A DNA stretch of 60,000 bases. Source: Vicugna vicugna (lineage: Eukaryota). The stretch is from positions 498,001 to 558,000 of the forward strand of contig MU057719.1 of assembly GCA_013265495.1 (NCBI GenBank), read 5' to 3'. Positions within the stretch are counted from its first letter, which is position 1. Every line of letters begins with the position of its first letter. The notes under the pieces are model-generated. The model did no database searches and was not told the origin of the DNA. It saw only the letters and a program-made list of their open reading frames with translations. The translations under genes were made by a program, and so were the position numbers. This document shows, in pieces, positions 58,861-60,000 of this stretch.

Positions 58861-60000
58861 CTGGAGTAACCTTCAGGCCAGGAACTTCGAAAAGGCGGCA
58901 CACGGCCCCCCATCCTGAGGAAGACAGAGGGACGAGAAAGCCCAGCCCGGCGTCCAGGTGTCCAGCTTGTCCCCCCCCGGAGAGGGTCTGCTGGAATGAT
59001 GCAGTGCCCGTTTCTCGTAGCAGCTTTCTCTGTGAGGATGGGGTGGCAGGCTTGTGGTTCACTGGAGGGCGCTAGGCGCCCGAGCCTGGGCCTATGTTGT
59101 TGTTTTGTAACTTGAACATCACAGGATTCTTCCCTGTTCCTCGTGAGCCCCTCCGCACTATGGGAGGGGGCACGTGTTGGCCTTGGGCTCCCAGAAGCGA
59201 GTCCCTTGGCAGGCTCTGCTGGACCGAGATGCCCTCGCCGTCATCACGTTCCTGGGGACTGCGCCCAGCCCGGAGCTCGGGGCCCTGCAGGGCTGCAGCG
59301 CCACCCCAGAGAGGGGCGCGCTCCGGCCAGGCGCTGCGCAGGCGTGTCTGTTCCGGAGACCAGAACCGAAAAGCTCGTCCCTCTGCACCCCAGTCCCTTC
59401 AGGGCTTCAGGGTCGGCTTGAAGCTGCCGCCCCCTCCTCGAGTCTCCTTAGGCCGTTAGACTCAAAGGTTCCAGACTTTTCCGTGGTGGCTTTGGTCTCG
59501 GGGCCAGGCTCTCATGACCTCGAGGGATCTGCTGTTTTGGCTGCGGTTTTCTGTGGGGAACAAAGCCGGGAGCCCGGACTTCCCTCTGGGGAGGGGATGA
59601 CTGCTGGGGCTTTCCGACTCTGGCCCTGGACGTGGGAGTGGGGGCTCCGCGCCCTGCACCCCCCACTTCCACTCAGCCCAGCCCCCGGCTCCACGGGAGC
59701 GCCGGCGAACCCATGTTTGCGATGCCGAGTGGACAGTGCCCACGCAGCAGGTCAGGAATGGCTTCTGGAAGAGAGGGGGTCTCAGTGATTCACTAACGAG
59801 CCTCTCTCACTGCACACGGGGTTTTGGACTCTGTTTGTCCTCACGTGGGTGCTGTGCTTCCAGAAGCTGATGTGAAAAGAGACTGGACACGTTCTTGGTC
59901 CCCAGTCCCTCCAAGGGGGCACATCCCCGCTACCCCGGGGAGCAGTCCTTCCCATGCCCTAGGGTTCCGTCCTCACCCTCAGGGCTCCTCGGGTCACAGC

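Larger units (their letters stand above)
34752..60000 (+). other. VAV2: VAV2 intron 2 (5' part)
   Basis: Begins with the GTGAGT donor. No downstream VAV2 exon was recognised in the window; the N gap is unread. Confidence 0.8.

Noticed and set aside
1..60000. A novel multi-gene or defence-type system
   Set aside because: The window is explained by one VAV2 exon, introns and repeats. There is no supported additional gene.

Overview
GC-rich mammalian genomic DNA, almost entirely intronic. The only protein-coding segment I can support is one 117-nt spliced exon on the + strand (34635-34751, [39 protein letters not shown]). It is exon 2 of VAV2 (calponin-homology domain), so the flanks are inferred to be VAV2 intron 1 and intron 2. 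The rest is intronic sequence carrying LINE-1 3' fragments, tRNA-Ala-derived SINEs resembling camelid Vic-1 (host probably alpaca/llama/camel, by inference), MIR/L2 relics, MaLR, MER21-like and MER41-like LTRs, hAT MITEs, micro- and minisatellites, two local tandem duplications and a 433-N assembly gap. Almost all entries in the ORF track are chance ORFs in GC-rich or repetitive DNA. I found no evidence of a new multi-gene system. The most interesting signals are a localized AT-to-GC/CpG-gain tract in one L1 copy relative to a sibling copy (candidate GC-biased gene conversion), a TSD-flanked MER41-like solo LTR, nested insertions with readable TSDs, and several AT-rich motif-dense islands that look like intronic enhancers. 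Repeat family names come from recalled consensus sequences and repeat boundaries are approximate; both need RepeatMasker/Dfam confirmation.
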